Source: Acinetobacter phage Mokit. Taken from it: 64,000 nucleotides of DNA. A program made the position numbers and the translations under genes. The notes under the pieces are model-generated. The model ran no database searches. It worked only from the letters and a program-made list of their open reading frames with translations, and was not told where the DNA came from. Numbering within the stretch: position 1 is the first letter of the stretch; the number at the start of each line of letters is the position of its first letter. This document shows positions 41,137 to 50,914 of this stretch, piece by piece. The stretch lies in sequence record MW388002.1; one strand, written 5' to 3'.

Positions 41137-41622
41137 TTATTTACCTGCTAGTAATTCGATCAATTGTGCAGCTTCTTCAAGATCAAGGTTACTAAATAAT
41201 GCATGACGCTTAGAAGATGATTGGCGAGCTTCACGCTCCGCTAATTGAACAATTTCATCAAAGTCTAATTCTTTGTGAGTTACGCCCATACGAATTTTAG
41301 GAGTTGCTCCACAAATAATGTAAAATTTTGATCCATTTAAATGAACATTAGGCTGAGTTTCATTAATGAAAACATGAGCATTTTTCAAACGAGATTCTAG
41401 GAAACGCTTTGCTTCACGGATATTGTCATTAAGCATCAACCCATCATGGAATTTTTTACGTTCCTTTTTATCTGCAAGAGTTTGTCGTTTTAACACTTCT
41501 TTGCGAAGATCAGCAAAATATCCAACGCGTTTGCCGTCTTTAAAAACACTACACCAATCCTTGGAATCACCAAACATTTCAACTAAGACATCTTCAGTTA
41601 ATGTATGTACGGTGTGTTTCAT
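41137..41622 (-). CDS. hypothetical protein, Alc-like by position only
   Basis: 161 aa (T4 Alc 167 aa) immediately upstream of rnlA, as alc is in T4. No sequence confirmation. Confidence 0.3.
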   Translation of the reverse strand: MKHTVHTLTEDVLVEMFGDSKDWCSVFKDGKRVGYFADLRKEVLKRQTLADKKERKKFHDGLMLNDNIREAKRFLESRLKNAHVFINETQPNVHLNGSKFYIICGATPKIRMGVTHKELDFDEIVQLAEREARQSSSKRHALFSNLDLEEAAQLIELLAGK

Positions 41623-41688
41623 ATTAATTTCCTCATTCTACAATATTTTTGATAAGACCATTATATCAATAGTCTTATCAAAAGTAAA

Positions 41689-41925
41689 CTACTTATTGAA
41701 AAAATTTAATGCGATTTTATCAAATCCTATGAACTCTAATTTCTTAAGAGATGACAAATCCGGCAAAGGGTTTTTGATGCGATTTAACTCATTTTTAACT
41801 CGATAAAATTTAAGCTTCCCACAGAACACATCATATTTCAATTTAGAAATCGCCTTAGCCTGTTGACGATTTCTACGAAATAGAGCACCTAGTAAAACAA
41901 TGAGTAGTATTACTATGCCAATCAT
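41689..41925 (-). CDS. small membrane protein (N-terminal TM helix IGIVILLIVLLGALF)
   Basis: 78-aa ORF with a hydrophobic N-terminus and a basic remainder. Confidence 0.45.
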   Translation of the reverse strand: MIGIVILLIVLLGALFRRNRQQAKAISKLKYDVFCGKLKFYRVKNELNRIKNPLPDLSSLKKLEFIGFDKIALNFFNK

Positions 41926-43073
41926 TATGACTCCATAGAAAACTCGCTGAGTTTATATCGATCGGTATTTTTCATAAAGACTTTATTAATTTCTTTGACT
42001 AAATCGTCTTGTGACATTGTGCCACTGAAGTTTGCCATAGAAATTCCAAATAATTCTGGCTTCCCAAGCGCCTGGAATTTTGCTTGCGAATTAATTGCAA
42101 ATGTTTTACGATCAGAACCTGCAAATTCTTTATGATACGCTAATAATTCCTTTAAAGAGTCTCGCAAATAATCAAAGAATATTTTTTCATATGCTTCGAT
42201 TTTTGATCGCGAGTAGTCATCTTCAAATAATGATTTCAAATCATCTGAACCGCCGGCTACAATTACACCAAATAAGTCTTTATCGTTATTGATTGTATCT
42301 TTAACACGATGAAGATTTGAATACCATGCTGTCTTCAGTTTAAATGTGAGACCGTCTTCCATTACGAACACATAGCCTTCAATATTTTCAGAAGCACGAA
42401 TTTCTTCAACCATTGCAGCACGATCCGAACCTTCGGCTAGTGGGAAGCCTTCTACTAAATATTTGCGAAGCACAGGATCACGTTTCAATTCTGAATATGG
42501 GACATATTTGCCTGTTTCATTATTGCGTACGTTTAGTAGTACTAACGCTCGTTTAGGATAAGCAATTACAATACGATTGCCCGGCGAAACATATTCAAAA
42601 TTACAAGTATACCCTTCATTGGCAAGTTCGAGGCAGCGATCATGCAAATCGACATGGTCAATATTAGACAATAACATTTGTGCTTCAATTGCTTGTGTAG
42701 AGAAAATTGATGCTTTTGATTTAGTACGTAAATATCCACGATCCGTATATGTTGATACTAATGATCCGTCTTCCTTTACCATGCCATATGCAATTTTAGA
42801 TAAATCAAGATTTTGTGTAAATGGTGTTTCATCTAAGTTAAAGAATTTTTCCATTGGGCGTGACATGATACGAACCGGAGTCTCACCGTCCATTTCAAAC
42901 ATGATGCCACGTGCTTCTAGTGCATCTTCGTTTAACCAATCGGAGTATGATGCATAGTTATATGAAAAGATTCGCACTGAAGTGCCTATTGGCGTAACGA
43001 AGTCTTTATAAAAGAATTTTGAGAAATCTTCTGGATCAACTAACGCCATTAGATTTTTGAAAAGTTTGTCCAT
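41925..43073 (-). CDS. rnlA: RNA ligase 1 (gp63)
   Basis: 382 aa (T4 374 aa). The lysine adenylation motif MVKEDGSLVS matches T4 Rnl1 K99 (KEDGSL). Confidence 0.85.
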   Translation of the reverse strand: MDKLFKNLMALVDPEDFSKFFYKDFVTPIGTSVRIFSYNYASYSDWLNEDALEARGIMFEMDGETPVRIMSRPMEKFFNLDETPFTQNLDLSKIAYGMVKEDGSLVSTYTDRGYLRTKSKASIFSTQAIEAQMLLSNIDHVDLHDRCLELANEGYTCNFEYVSPGNRIVIAYPKRALVLLNVRNNETGKYVPYSELKRDPVLRKYLVEGFPLAEGSDRAAMVEEIRASENIEGYVFVMEDGLTFKLKTAWYSNLHRVKDTINNDKDLFGVIVAGGSDDLKSLFEDDYSRSKIEAYEKIFFDYLRDSLKELLAYHKEFAGSDRKTFAINSQAKFQALGKPELFGISMANFSGTMSQDDLVKEINKVFMKNTDRYKLSEFSMES

Positions 43074-43108
43074 GGTAATCTCCTAGTTTATAGTGCCATT
43101 ATACTATT

Positions 43109-43159
43109 AGAAAATAGAAAGCACTGTTGAGTAGTGGCAAAGCCACGTTTCTATTTTCT
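43109..43159. repeat. perfect 12-bp inverted repeat AGAAAATAGAAA…TTTCTATTTTCT enclosing an inner hairpin GTGGC-AAA-GCCAC
   Basis: Seen directly in the sequence, just upstream of a TATAAT element and the rnlA start. Confidence 0.7.
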
Positions 43160-43165
43160 TTAATC

Positions 43166-43191
43166 AAAAAGAAAGGAGCACTAAGCTCCTT
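43166..43191 (-). terminator. minus-strand terminator after nrdB (AAGGAGC-UUAGU-GCUCCUU + UUUCUUUUU)
   Basis: 7-bp stem followed by a T-rich run on the minus strand. Confidence 0.65.
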
Positions 43192-43365
43192 ATAATCAAA
43201 TGCATCTGCAGCAGACTGGTCCGGGAACCGGACCAGATAACCAACGTAATAACAAATAACGTTGTTATTTATAACTTTTTGAAGTGGCACTCTAGAAAAT
43301 TACTTCAAATATCAATAACTTAGAGTGCCATAGTTACAAATCTATTAATATTTTTGTAACTAGGA

Positions 43366-44517
43366 TTACTTACGCTTAGGTAAATATTTCTCTCTAAATT
43401 GTGCAATAATATTATCATCAACATCATTGTCAATTTGTGAAATTAAGTAAGAACTTAATTCTGCCTCTTGTTTTGCAACTTGGACAGACGATGCCATTAA
43501 GTATTTGTTTACCCAAGGCAGAGGGTGTCGTTTAGGGCGTTCGATAGGACAAGTTAGTCCTACATTATTCATCGCCGGTACTAATTGGTAGTCAATGAAA
43601 TCCCAAACTAATTCAACGGTTAAGCCATCTGGGCACCCATTACGATAAACATATGAAGCCCAAGCACGTTCTTGATTGCGAACTTCAATGAATAACTGTT
43701 CTGCATCATCTTTACATTCAAGCGCAATTTCGCGCCATTCTGTACCATCGATGCCTTTATTCATTTGTTGAAGAATATAACGTGTACCTTGGTGGTGCAA
43801 GTTCTCATCTCGTGCAATGAATTGCATGATTTTCATGTTACCTTCCATGATTTTCATGTTTTCAAAGAAGTTCCAAGTTGAGATGAATGAAACATAAAAC
43901 CGAATAGCTTCAAGAGCATTGATTGCATGAAGACACATGTATAATGCTTTCTTAACTTCACGTAACTGGCCTGGGCGTACTTGATCACGAATTTTGTCAG
44001 CTTGATATAAAATTACTAATTCGTGTAATTTGTCATATCGTTCACAAATTGCTGTAGCACGAGCCATAATTTCTTTATTAGCAACAACACCATCAAAGAT
44101 TTTAGAAGGATCAGAGTACAAATTACGAATAATATGAGTATATGAACGAGAGTGAATTGTTTCACTAAATGTCCATGTCATAATCCATGTTTCTAATGCA
44201 ACATCAGAACATATTGATGCTAAAACAATCGCAGGTGCTCTTCCTTGTACCGAATCCATAAGGATTTGATAACCTAAATTGTTTGTAAAGATTTCTTGCA
44301 GGTAACCTCTGCCTGACTCCCAGAGTTTATCAAATTGGGCTTTGTCGGTGGTTAGATTTACCTCTTCAGGACGCCAAAATTGAGCAAGTTGTTTTGTCGT
44401 TAGTTCTTCAAACTTTTCATGTTTTACTACTTCGTATCTTGCAACACCTGTAGAATCGCCAAAGAACATAGGCTGATCGATATTAAATTCAGCTTGGTTG
44501 AAAATAGTATTACTCAT
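43366..44517 (-). CDS. nrdB: ribonucleotide reductase small subunit NrdB (class Ia), uninterrupted
   Basis: 383 aa (T4 388 aa); R2-type ferritin-like protein; position. No intron. Confidence 0.8.
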   Translation of the reverse strand: MSNTIFNQAEFNIDQPMFFGDSTGVARYEVVKHEKFEELTTKQLAQFWRPEEVNLTTDKAQFDKLWESGRGYLQEIFTNNLGYQILMDSVQGRAPAIVLASICSDVALETWIMTWTFSETIHSRSYTHIIRNLYSDPSKIFDGVVANKEIMARATAICERYDKLHELVILYQADKIRDQVRPGQLREVKKALYMCLHAINALEAIRFYVSFISTWNFFENMKIMEGNMKIMQFIARDENLHHQGTRYILQQMNKGIDGTEWREIALECKDDAEQLFIEVRNQERAWASYVYRNGCPDGLTVELVWDFIDYQLVPAMNNVGLTCPIERPKRHPLPWVNKYLMASSVQVAKQEAELSSYLISQIDNDVDDNIIAQFREKYLPKRK

Positions 44518-45150
44518 TTAATTTACCTTAAATTTACAGTTGTCATAGTGCCAACGAAGAGCATTGCCTTTGTTAACTTTCTTTCCACAGTGCGGACATG
44601 CTGGAAAATCTGTAGCAGCTTTAGTCCTTTCAGATATTAATGCTCTAGACTTATCAGAGTGTGGAATGTCCCTAGTAGGAGATATTGTACCATACATTGG
44701 GTTTAAAGCGCCAACTTTAGATAGTGAAATGTTCTTAGCATGCTCTTTGGTTTTTGGTTTTCGCATTCGTTCGATTGTATCTTCTGACAAACGTTTACCC
44801 TTTGACCCAGCACTTATGGCTTTACGATGTTCATCACTCAACGGTACGCCAGTCCGAGCTTCAGATATTAGACGTTTGCCTAACTCATAATCTCGTGATG
44901 AAACTTTAATATTTTTACGTGTATGAGACATCATTGCAAATGCAAATTGTAATGATCTAGATGTAGGATTAATTGCATATAGCAATTTATGCGCAATGAA
45001 ATGCTCACGTGGAGTTAAAAATACAAGATTTTCTCTTTCATCTGAACCGCCTAATGAACGTGGAAGGATATGATGCCATTCACCGTATCCTTCCAAATTG
45101 CGAGAAACGGCTCTAGAAATAAGTTGATCATATATTCTAGAGTAGTTCAT
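44518..45150 (-). CDS. MobE-like HNH homing endonuclease between nrdA and nrdB
   Basis: N-terminal HNH GEWHHILPRSLGGSDERENLVFLTPREHFIAH; C-terminal NUMOD-like basic repeats. Same location as T4 mobE. Confidence 0.75.
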   Translation of the reverse strand: MNYSRIYDQLISRAVSRNLEGYGEWHHILPRSLGGSDERENLVFLTPREHFIAHKLLYAINPTSRSLQFAFAMMSHTRKNIKVSSRDYELGKRLISEARTGVPLSDEHRKAISAGSKGKRLSEDTIERMRKPKTKEHAKNISLSKVGALNPMYGTISPTRDIPHSDKSRALISERTKAATDFPACPHCGKKVNKGNALRWHYDNCKFKVN

Positions 45151-45159
45151 TGCAACACC

Positions 45160-47571
45160 TTATAGTTTGCATGCATCACAATCGGCAGAATTCGAATCAT
45201 CTGCACCAGAGCCATCGTCTGTGTTGTGATAATACATGTTTTTGTTTCCGTAATAGAAACAGAATAACATATCATCCATCATTTGTGACATAGGAACTTT
45301 ACCGTTTTCATAACTAACAGGCACGTAATATGTATTGATCGAAATCGCTTGATCTGTCCATTTTTGCTCAATAGCCATTTGTGTTAAGTAACCTTTGTTG
45401 CCATCACGAGCTGCAGATTCCCATGCAAAGTCATAAAATAATTGATTAACTTCATAGTTTGGAACTACTTGGTTAAATGATCCATCTTTAGACTGCTTGT
45501 ATGAGACAGGCTTCAGAGGTTTTTCAATGCCATTAGTTGAGTTTGATACTTGGCTTGATGATTCACAAGGCATTTGAGCTGATAATGTCACATTACGCAT
45601 ACCGAATTGTTTGAGGTCAATTCGTAATTCTTCCCAATCTAAGACATAGTTTGGTGCAACTAATTCATCAACATTTTTACAATACCAATCGATAGGCAAT
45701 TCACCACGTCCATATTTTGTTTTCCAAAGTTGAGGAGATGGACCTTTTTCTTTGGCTAACTCAATAGATGCTTTAATCAATGCATATTGTAAACGTTCGA
45801 ATAATTCATGCGTTAACTCATTGCCATCTTCATATGACGCTGCATTTGATGCTAACCATGCTGCATAGTTTGTAACGCCAATACCAAGCGAACGGTATTC
45901 TTTTGCTTTCAATGCATTTTTATGAGGGTAGTCTTGATAGTCTAATAAGTTGTCAAGTGCACGTACCATTACCATACCAATGCGATTGATTTCTTCTTGA
46001 TTTTTCCAATCAAAGTTATCAAGGACCCATGCACTTAAAGTACAGAGAGCAATTTCGCCGAGGTCTTCTTGAATGTTAAACGCGAGCTCATCTTTATCTG
46101 CTGCATAGTCTTTATCTACTCGTTTGAATAAATCAGAGTTTGTAGGTAATACAACTTGATTAGTACCGTAAGTTTCGATAAACTTAACAATATCACCAGT
46201 AGCAACTGCAAGACGTTGATCTTTATATGTACCTAATGCAACAGTATGTAGAGCAATTTCTGCACACAAGTTAGACATTTTTACAGGTGCAACTTGGCGA
46301 ATCCAAGGGCCGTAGTTATTGGTATTGTCAACATGAGATGGATATAAACGAGCTGTGTTAGCACGTTCTGTCATAAACAAGCCCATGAATAATTCAGATG
46401 CTTTAATACGTTTTTTGCGTACAGTTGGATCTTTCTCTAGTTTTTCATAGAGTTCACGGAATAGATTTTCATCTCGGAAAAATGCATCATAGAGTTTACC
46501 ACCCAATACATCTGGGCTAAACAGTGTAACATAATCATTAAGTAAATAACGCTCAATCATTAGGTTATTAATTTGGATGCCATAATCCATGTGACGGATA
46601 CGGTTTTCTTCAATACCTTTGTTGTTCTTAAGAACCATAAGGTTTTCGCATTCTAAGTGCCAAATTGGCCAATACATTGTAGCAGAACCTTTACGAATAC
46701 CACCTTGAGAACATGAATGTACTGCAGCATTTTTAAGTTTCCAGAAAGGTGTTACACCAGTATGTTTAACTTCGCCAGGACCAATCTTAGAACCTTCAGC
46801 ACGAATTGCACCACCCGCAATACCAATACCGGCACGTTTAGAAACATATTTTACAATTGCTGAAGTGCTTTCGGTAATTGAATCTAGGCTATCGCCAGTT
46901 TCAATGAGAACACATGAACTAAATTGGCGAGTCGGAGTACGAACACCTGCAAGAATTGGTGTTGGCAAAGAAATTTGTTTTAATGACGCTGCATCATAAA
47001 AATCTTTTACGTATTTGAAACGAAGAGATTGAGGCTCATCTTGATGCAAACACATGCCAATAAGCATGAACATAAATTGTGGTGTTTCGTAAATTTTACC
47101 AGAAGATCGATCTTTTACAAGATACTTATCTTTTACTTGCATTGCACCAGCATACGTAAAATTAAAATCACGGTCATGATCAAGAATACTTTCTAAAATT
47201 TCATAATCATCAGCTGTCCATTTTGTGAGCAATTCAGGATCGTATACGCCTTGCTCAACACCACTTTTAACATGATCAAATAATTTAGGTGGATCAAATT
47301 GCCCAAAGACATCTTTACGAAGTCCAAACAGCGCCAAGTTAGATGCAACATATTGGTAATCAGATTCTTCTGCACTAATAGAATCCGCTGCAACCTTTAC
47401 AATAGCACGTTGAATTTCTGTCGTCGACATGCCATCTTTAAAAAATGGACGGCATCGTTCAAATAATTCATACGGGTTGATTTGGGTACTTTCACAGGAC
47501 CATTCTAAAACTTGAATAATTTTAGATGAATCGAACTCTTGCGCAATACCACTTGACTTAATAACTTTCAT
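45160..47571 (-). CDS. nrdA: ribonucleotide reductase large subunit NrdA with N-terminal ATP-cone
   Basis: 803 aa; ATP-cone (VIKSSGIAQEFDSSKI); C-terminal Cys pair CDAC; synteny. Confidence 0.85.
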   Translation of the reverse strand: MKVIKSSGIAQEFDSSKIIQVLEWSCESTQINPYELFERCRPFFKDGMSTTEIQRAIVKVAADSISAEESDYQYVASNLALFGLRKDVFGQFDPPKLFDHVKSGVEQGVYDPELLTKWTADDYEILESILDHDRDFNFTYAGAMQVKDKYLVKDRSSGKIYETPQFMFMLIGMCLHQDEPQSLRFKYVKDFYDAASLKQISLPTPILAGVRTPTRQFSSCVLIETGDSLDSITESTSAIVKYVSKRAGIGIAGGAIRAEGSKIGPGEVKHTGVTPFWKLKNAAVHSCSQGGIRKGSATMYWPIWHLECENLMVLKNNKGIEENRIRHMDYGIQINNLMIERYLLNDYVTLFSPDVLGGKLYDAFFRDENLFRELYEKLEKDPTVRKKRIKASELFMGLFMTERANTARLYPSHVDNTNNYGPWIRQVAPVKMSNLCAEIALHTVALGTYKDQRLAVATGDIVKFIETYGTNQVVLPTNSDLFKRVDKDYAADKDELAFNIQEDLGEIALCTLSAWVLDNFDWKNQEEINRIGMVMVRALDNLLDYQDYPHKNALKAKEYRSLGIGVTNYAAWLASNAASYEDGNELTHELFERLQYALIKASIELAKEKGPSPQLWKTKYGRGELPIDWYCKNVDELVAPNYVLDWEELRIDLKQFGMRNVTLSAQMPCESSSQVSNSTNGIEKPLKPVSYKQSKDGSFNQVVPNYEVNQLFYDFAWESAARDGNKGYLTQMAIEQKWTDQAISINTYYVPVSYENGKVPMSQMMDDMLFCFYYGNKNMYYHNTDDGSGADDSNSADCDACKL

Positions 47572-47897
47572 AAATCCTCTATACTAAATTCGTCTTTAAA
47601 CAATTTGTTAACTACTGTAGCTATTATATCGCCATGACAAGCCTTTGGCTTACAAGTGCATCCTAAACGTTGACCACGTAAAACTTCTAAATGGTTACGA
47701 GTTATTTTACCATCTTTTATGAGATTGATAAAATATGCTTTAAATAGTGGAATTGCTTGATTTCCATGTTCCTCTACTGTAAATGGATTGCCCCAAATGG
47801 TGCCACGTTGTATATTAATATCATACTCGGATGAATATTTATTAACTACTCTACATACCTCAGATTTTCTCCAAAGGCGCATCTCAGTTGGTAACAT
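47568..47897 (-). CDS. DUF4326-family protein
   Basis: WGNPF…LGCTCKPKACHGD matches the DUF4326 signature (WGNPF…C.C.P..CHGD). Confidence 0.5.
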   Translation of the reverse strand: MLPTEMRLWRKSEVCRVVNKYSSEYDINIQRGTIWGNPFTVEEHGNQAIPLFKAYFINLIKDGKITRNHLEVLRGQRLGCTCKPKACHGDIIATVVNKLFKDEFSIEDL

Positions 47898-48114
47898 TTA
47901 TTTTCTCCTTTGTATCAGAAAAGTCAAGCAAGAAATATATAAATGCGGACCAGCAGAATGTAAATAATGCAGAAGTTTGGTCGGAGGTAGCGATGTATAC
48001 CAATGCGGCAAATCCACCTGCAATAGGAATCCCGAAGAACCAGAATTCCGTCATTGCAAATAAAATTTTAAGCAGCCATTTGAGCTTTGATTGCTTCATG
48101 ATGTTTGTATCCAA
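47884..48114 (-). CDS. small membrane protein (two predicted TM helices)
   Basis: 76 aa; FWFFGIPIAGGFAALVYIA and ALFTFCWSAFIYFLL hydrophobic segments. Confidence 0.45.
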   Translation of the reverse strand: MDTNIMKQSKLKWLLKILFAMTEFWFFGIPIAGGFAALVYIATSDQTSALFTFCWSAFIYFLLDFSDTKEKINVTN

Positions 48115-49018
48115 TTAAGGTGAAATCACCTACTACGGCCTTTTCAAAATCTTCAAGTGTCTTAAGATTTGGATTAATTGTAAGAATAGGCAAATCATAT
48201 TCTTCACGTGTCAATTGCTCTTTGACTTGCTCAATATGATTTTTGTAAATATGTACATCGCCAAGTTGTCCGGTTAAATAACGCGGTGTTTTGCCAAGAA
48301 TCTGAGCAAAAATTCGCAACAATGTAGCATAAGATGCAATATTAAATGGCAGCCCTAAGAATGTATCTACACTGCGCTGATGCCAAATCATATCAATAAA
48401 TTCGCCAGAAATATTAATTTGGAACCCAGTATGACATGGTGGCAAAATTGGCTTTTGGATTTCATAGTGTGACTCATAACCAGGTAGAGTTTTATGCTCC
48501 CAAATTAATTGTGGGTTCCATGCCTCGACAATTAGGCGTCGTGAGCCAGGATTGGCTTTTGCTTCTTTGATCATCTCGGCAAGCTGATCTACACCAGGAA
48601 CATCATGACAATATGTCCCGCCGAAATCTTCTTCAACATTGACACCGGTTGGCCCAAAGTTACGCCATTGAGTACCATACACTAATCCGCAATAACCATT
48701 AGAATAGCCAAGTTCTTTGCCTTGAACATTGTAATTGTCATCCCAAATTGTTTTCTTTTCATCATTAAATCGATGCTCTTCGCCGTGGGTCAATGCACGA
48801 AGATCATATAAATTTGATGAACCGCGGATGAACCATAATAATTCAGCGATCATCGATTTGAATGCAAGCTTTTTAGTCGTAACTGCCGGAAAGCCTTCAC
48901 GTAAGTCAAACTTAATTTGTTCGGCGAATATTGAAAGTGTACCTACGCCTGTGCGTTCATTGGTAACTTCTTCACCTTCATCAAGAATTTTTTGCAATAA
49001 ATCATGGTACGCTTTCAT
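48068..49018 (-). CDS. td: thymidylate synthase, uninterrupted (no intron)
   Basis: Active-site LPPCHTGFQI; YGTQWRNF folate-binding block; 316 aa. Confidence 0.85.
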   Translation of the reverse strand: MKAYHDLLQKILDEGEEVTNERTGVGTLSIFAEQIKFDLREGFPAVTTKKLAFKSMIAELLWFIRGSSNLYDLRALTHGEEHRFNDEKKTIWDDNYNVQGKELGYSNGYCGLVYGTQWRNFGPTGVNVEEDFGGTYCHDVPGVDQLAEMIKEAKANPGSRRLIVEAWNPQLIWEHKTLPGYESHYEIQKPILPPCHTGFQINISGEFIDMIWHQRSVDTFLGLPFNIASYATLLRIFAQILGKTPRYLTGQLGDVHIYKNHIEQVKEQLTREEYDLPILTINPNLKTLEDFEKAVVGDFTLIGYKHHEAIKAQMAA

Positions 49019-49063
49019 ATTTTGCTCCTAAACTATATACGACTATTATATACCAAAGAGCGC

Positions 49064-49309
49064 TTAAGCGCTCTCTAGAAAATTAAAAACGTCTAATCCA
49101 TTGAGTAAAGAAGCATTATTGATTGTAAGCTGCTCCATCGTCGACATGTTTGTTACAGTGTATCGAGGTGAAGTCGATTTATATGGGTGATTACTGGCAT
49201 TGTGCTCAATACGAATCTGATCGCCTTTACGAACAGAATTAAAGAATTTTGCAGTAGTGCGGCGTTTGATATCGACTACAGTAACGATTTTTGATAATTT
49301 AATAGACAT
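49064..49309 (-). CDS. hypothetical protein
   Basis: 81-aa ORF between frd and td. Confidence 0.4.
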   Translation of the reverse strand: MSIKLSKIVTVVDIKRRTTAKFFNSVRKGDQIRIEHNASNHPYKSTSPRYTVTNMSTMEQLTINNASLLNGLDVFNFLESA

Positions 49310-49844
49310 GAACGTTCTCCGAGTTAATTAATACATTTTCAGTAATAGAGGTTGTTTGGTCAATCTTGTACCAATGGCGCTCAACCTTTTCGCCAAAGTA
49401 CCATACGTCATTTAGAAACTCTTGATCTAAATGTTGAGTAACTTCTGTGCCTTCCATACGATCATACGAAATTTCAGTATGTATGATTTTAGCTGCATAT
49501 GGCAATGCTTGCTTTAAAAGGTCAGCACCGCCAATAACAGAATAGTATCCATTTTTCTTCCAATGCTGCAAATATGAATCTAATTCAGACAGGTCAATAT
49601 ATTCATCAGCCCAAGAGCCATTTTTGCATTTTGGAGTAGGGCGTGTTTTGTCAGCAATAACAATATGTTTGCGGTCTTCAAGTGGTGCAGGCAAAGACAT
49701 AAATGTTTTAGAGCCCATTACTAATATTGTACCAGAAGTTCGAGCTTTAAAATTCTTGAAATCTTGGCTGATTCGTGGCCATGGCATTCCATCATGTGAG
49801 CCAAATTCAGTTTTAGCATGAGCAAATACAAGTTGAATCATCAT
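49299..49844 (-). CDS. frd: dihydrofolate reductase
   Basis: MPW motif and VMGSKTFMSLP (GxxTFxSL); 181 aa; position upstream of td as in T4. Confidence 0.85.
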   Translation of the reverse strand: MMIQLVFAHAKTEFGSHDGMPWPRISQDFKNFKARTSGTILVMGSKTFMSLPAPLEDRKHIVIADKTRPTPKCKNGSWADEYIDLSELDSYLQHWKKNGYYSVIGGADLLKQALPYAAKIIHTEISYDRMEGTEVTQHLDQEFLNDVWYFGEKVERHWYKIDQTTSITENVLINSENVHVY

Positions 49845-49850
49845 TATTCC

Positions 49851-50129
49851 TTAGTTAACTAATTTGATAAAGCCTTTACGTTCTTCAGCTGCACTAAAGA
49901 AACTCCATACTAAATCTGCAATAGGGCAGTCTTCAATTTCATGATACTCGTTTGTATCCATATTGAGAATAGAGATTGCATCCGGTGCACTGCTGAGAAT
50001 AGATTCAGTTTCAATTACCTTGAACTTTGCACCGAGCTTAAACTCCGGCATACGCAAAGAGATTTTTGCGTTGAATGGCTCATCAAGCCATTCTTGTGTG
50101 ATTTCATAAACGTTTCCTACTTCAATCAT
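49851..50129 (-). CDS. hypothetical protein
   Basis: 92-aa ORF. Confidence 0.4.
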   Translation of the reverse strand: MIEVGNVYEITQEWLDEPFNAKISLRMPEFKLGAKFKVIETESILSSAPDAISILNMDTNEYHEIEDCPIADLVWSFFSAAEERKGFIKLVN

Positions 50130-50485
50130 TAGAGAAACTTCCTAGATAGATGGACATGACATGGTACTAAATTTGATCCGCGTTTGTGCACAGTTACTTT
50201 AGCATAATTATCGCTAAATTCACATGTTGTGTACTTACATGAATATTTTTTGTTAAAATCATGTCCTTTGATTTTAGGGAACATTTTAATACTCCATAGG
50301 ACCTTCAACGACTTAGGCACTAGATTCAACAAGATAAATTTGCGAATTCTACCATGATTAAGTGCTAATTGGAATTCTTCGAACCATTTAACACAGTCTT
50401 TGTACAATTCATCTTTAACTGACGAAAGTACTGTAGGGCGCATTGATGCAATTGCGTCACTAATAGCTTTTTCATGTTCGTTCAT
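50129..50485 (-). CDS. hypothetical protein
   Basis: 118-aa ORF; ATGA overlap with the downstream gene. Confidence 0.45.
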   Translation of the reverse strand: MNEHEKAISDAIASMRPTVLSSVKDELYKDCVKWFEEFQLALNHGRIRKFILLNLVPKSLKVLWSIKMFPKIKGHDFNKKYSCKYTTCEFSDNYAKVTVHKRGSNLVPCHVHLSRKFL

Positions 50486-50641
50486 GATAATTCCTTCATG
50501 TTCAAGTTGTTAAAACTATTATAACATGTTTGAAGTTCATTGTAAACTAACTTATCAAAATCTTTTAATAAATTTTCGACCTTAAATTTCGCTGCAACCT
50601 GTATGACATGCAAAGGCTGTTTAGAACGTCGAAGCATCAAC

Positions 50642-50914
50642 TCATGGTTTGATACTCTGGTTTGATACTCTACTGAATGCCCACAAATCGTTTAATGATT
50701 TATCAAATGCTGTAACGTCATATACTACTAGATAATCATAACGTCCTGGAGCAAACTTAGAATTGTTAAACATACCATCTGCAACACGTTTTAAGAAATC
50801 TAAGTTATCTGTGAACCATTTGAAATTCCCAGGCCAAGCCAACGGGAATTCTTCTGAAACTGCATCAAATTCTTCTTTACACATTAGGCGATATAAGCGC
50901 ATCAAAGCCTCCAA
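50642..50914 (-). CDS. hypothetical protein
   Basis: 90-aa ORF. Confidence 0.4.
   Translation of the reverse strand: MEALMRLYRLMCKEEFDAVSEEFPLAWPGNFKWFTDNLDFLKRVADGMFNNSKFAPGRYDYLVVYDVTAFDKSLNDLWAFSRVSNQSIKP

Noticed and set aside
43099-43290. 63-aa minus-strand ORF in the rnlA-nrdB intergenic region.
   Set aside because: It spans a terminator and several perfect hairpins. It has no RBS and has hydrophobic or odd composition. The region is better explained as structured non-coding DNA.
48068-49018. Possible group I introns in td or nrdB, as in T4.
   Set aside because: Both genes are continuous ORFs of full length with the active-site motifs in frame. No insertion of intron size is present.
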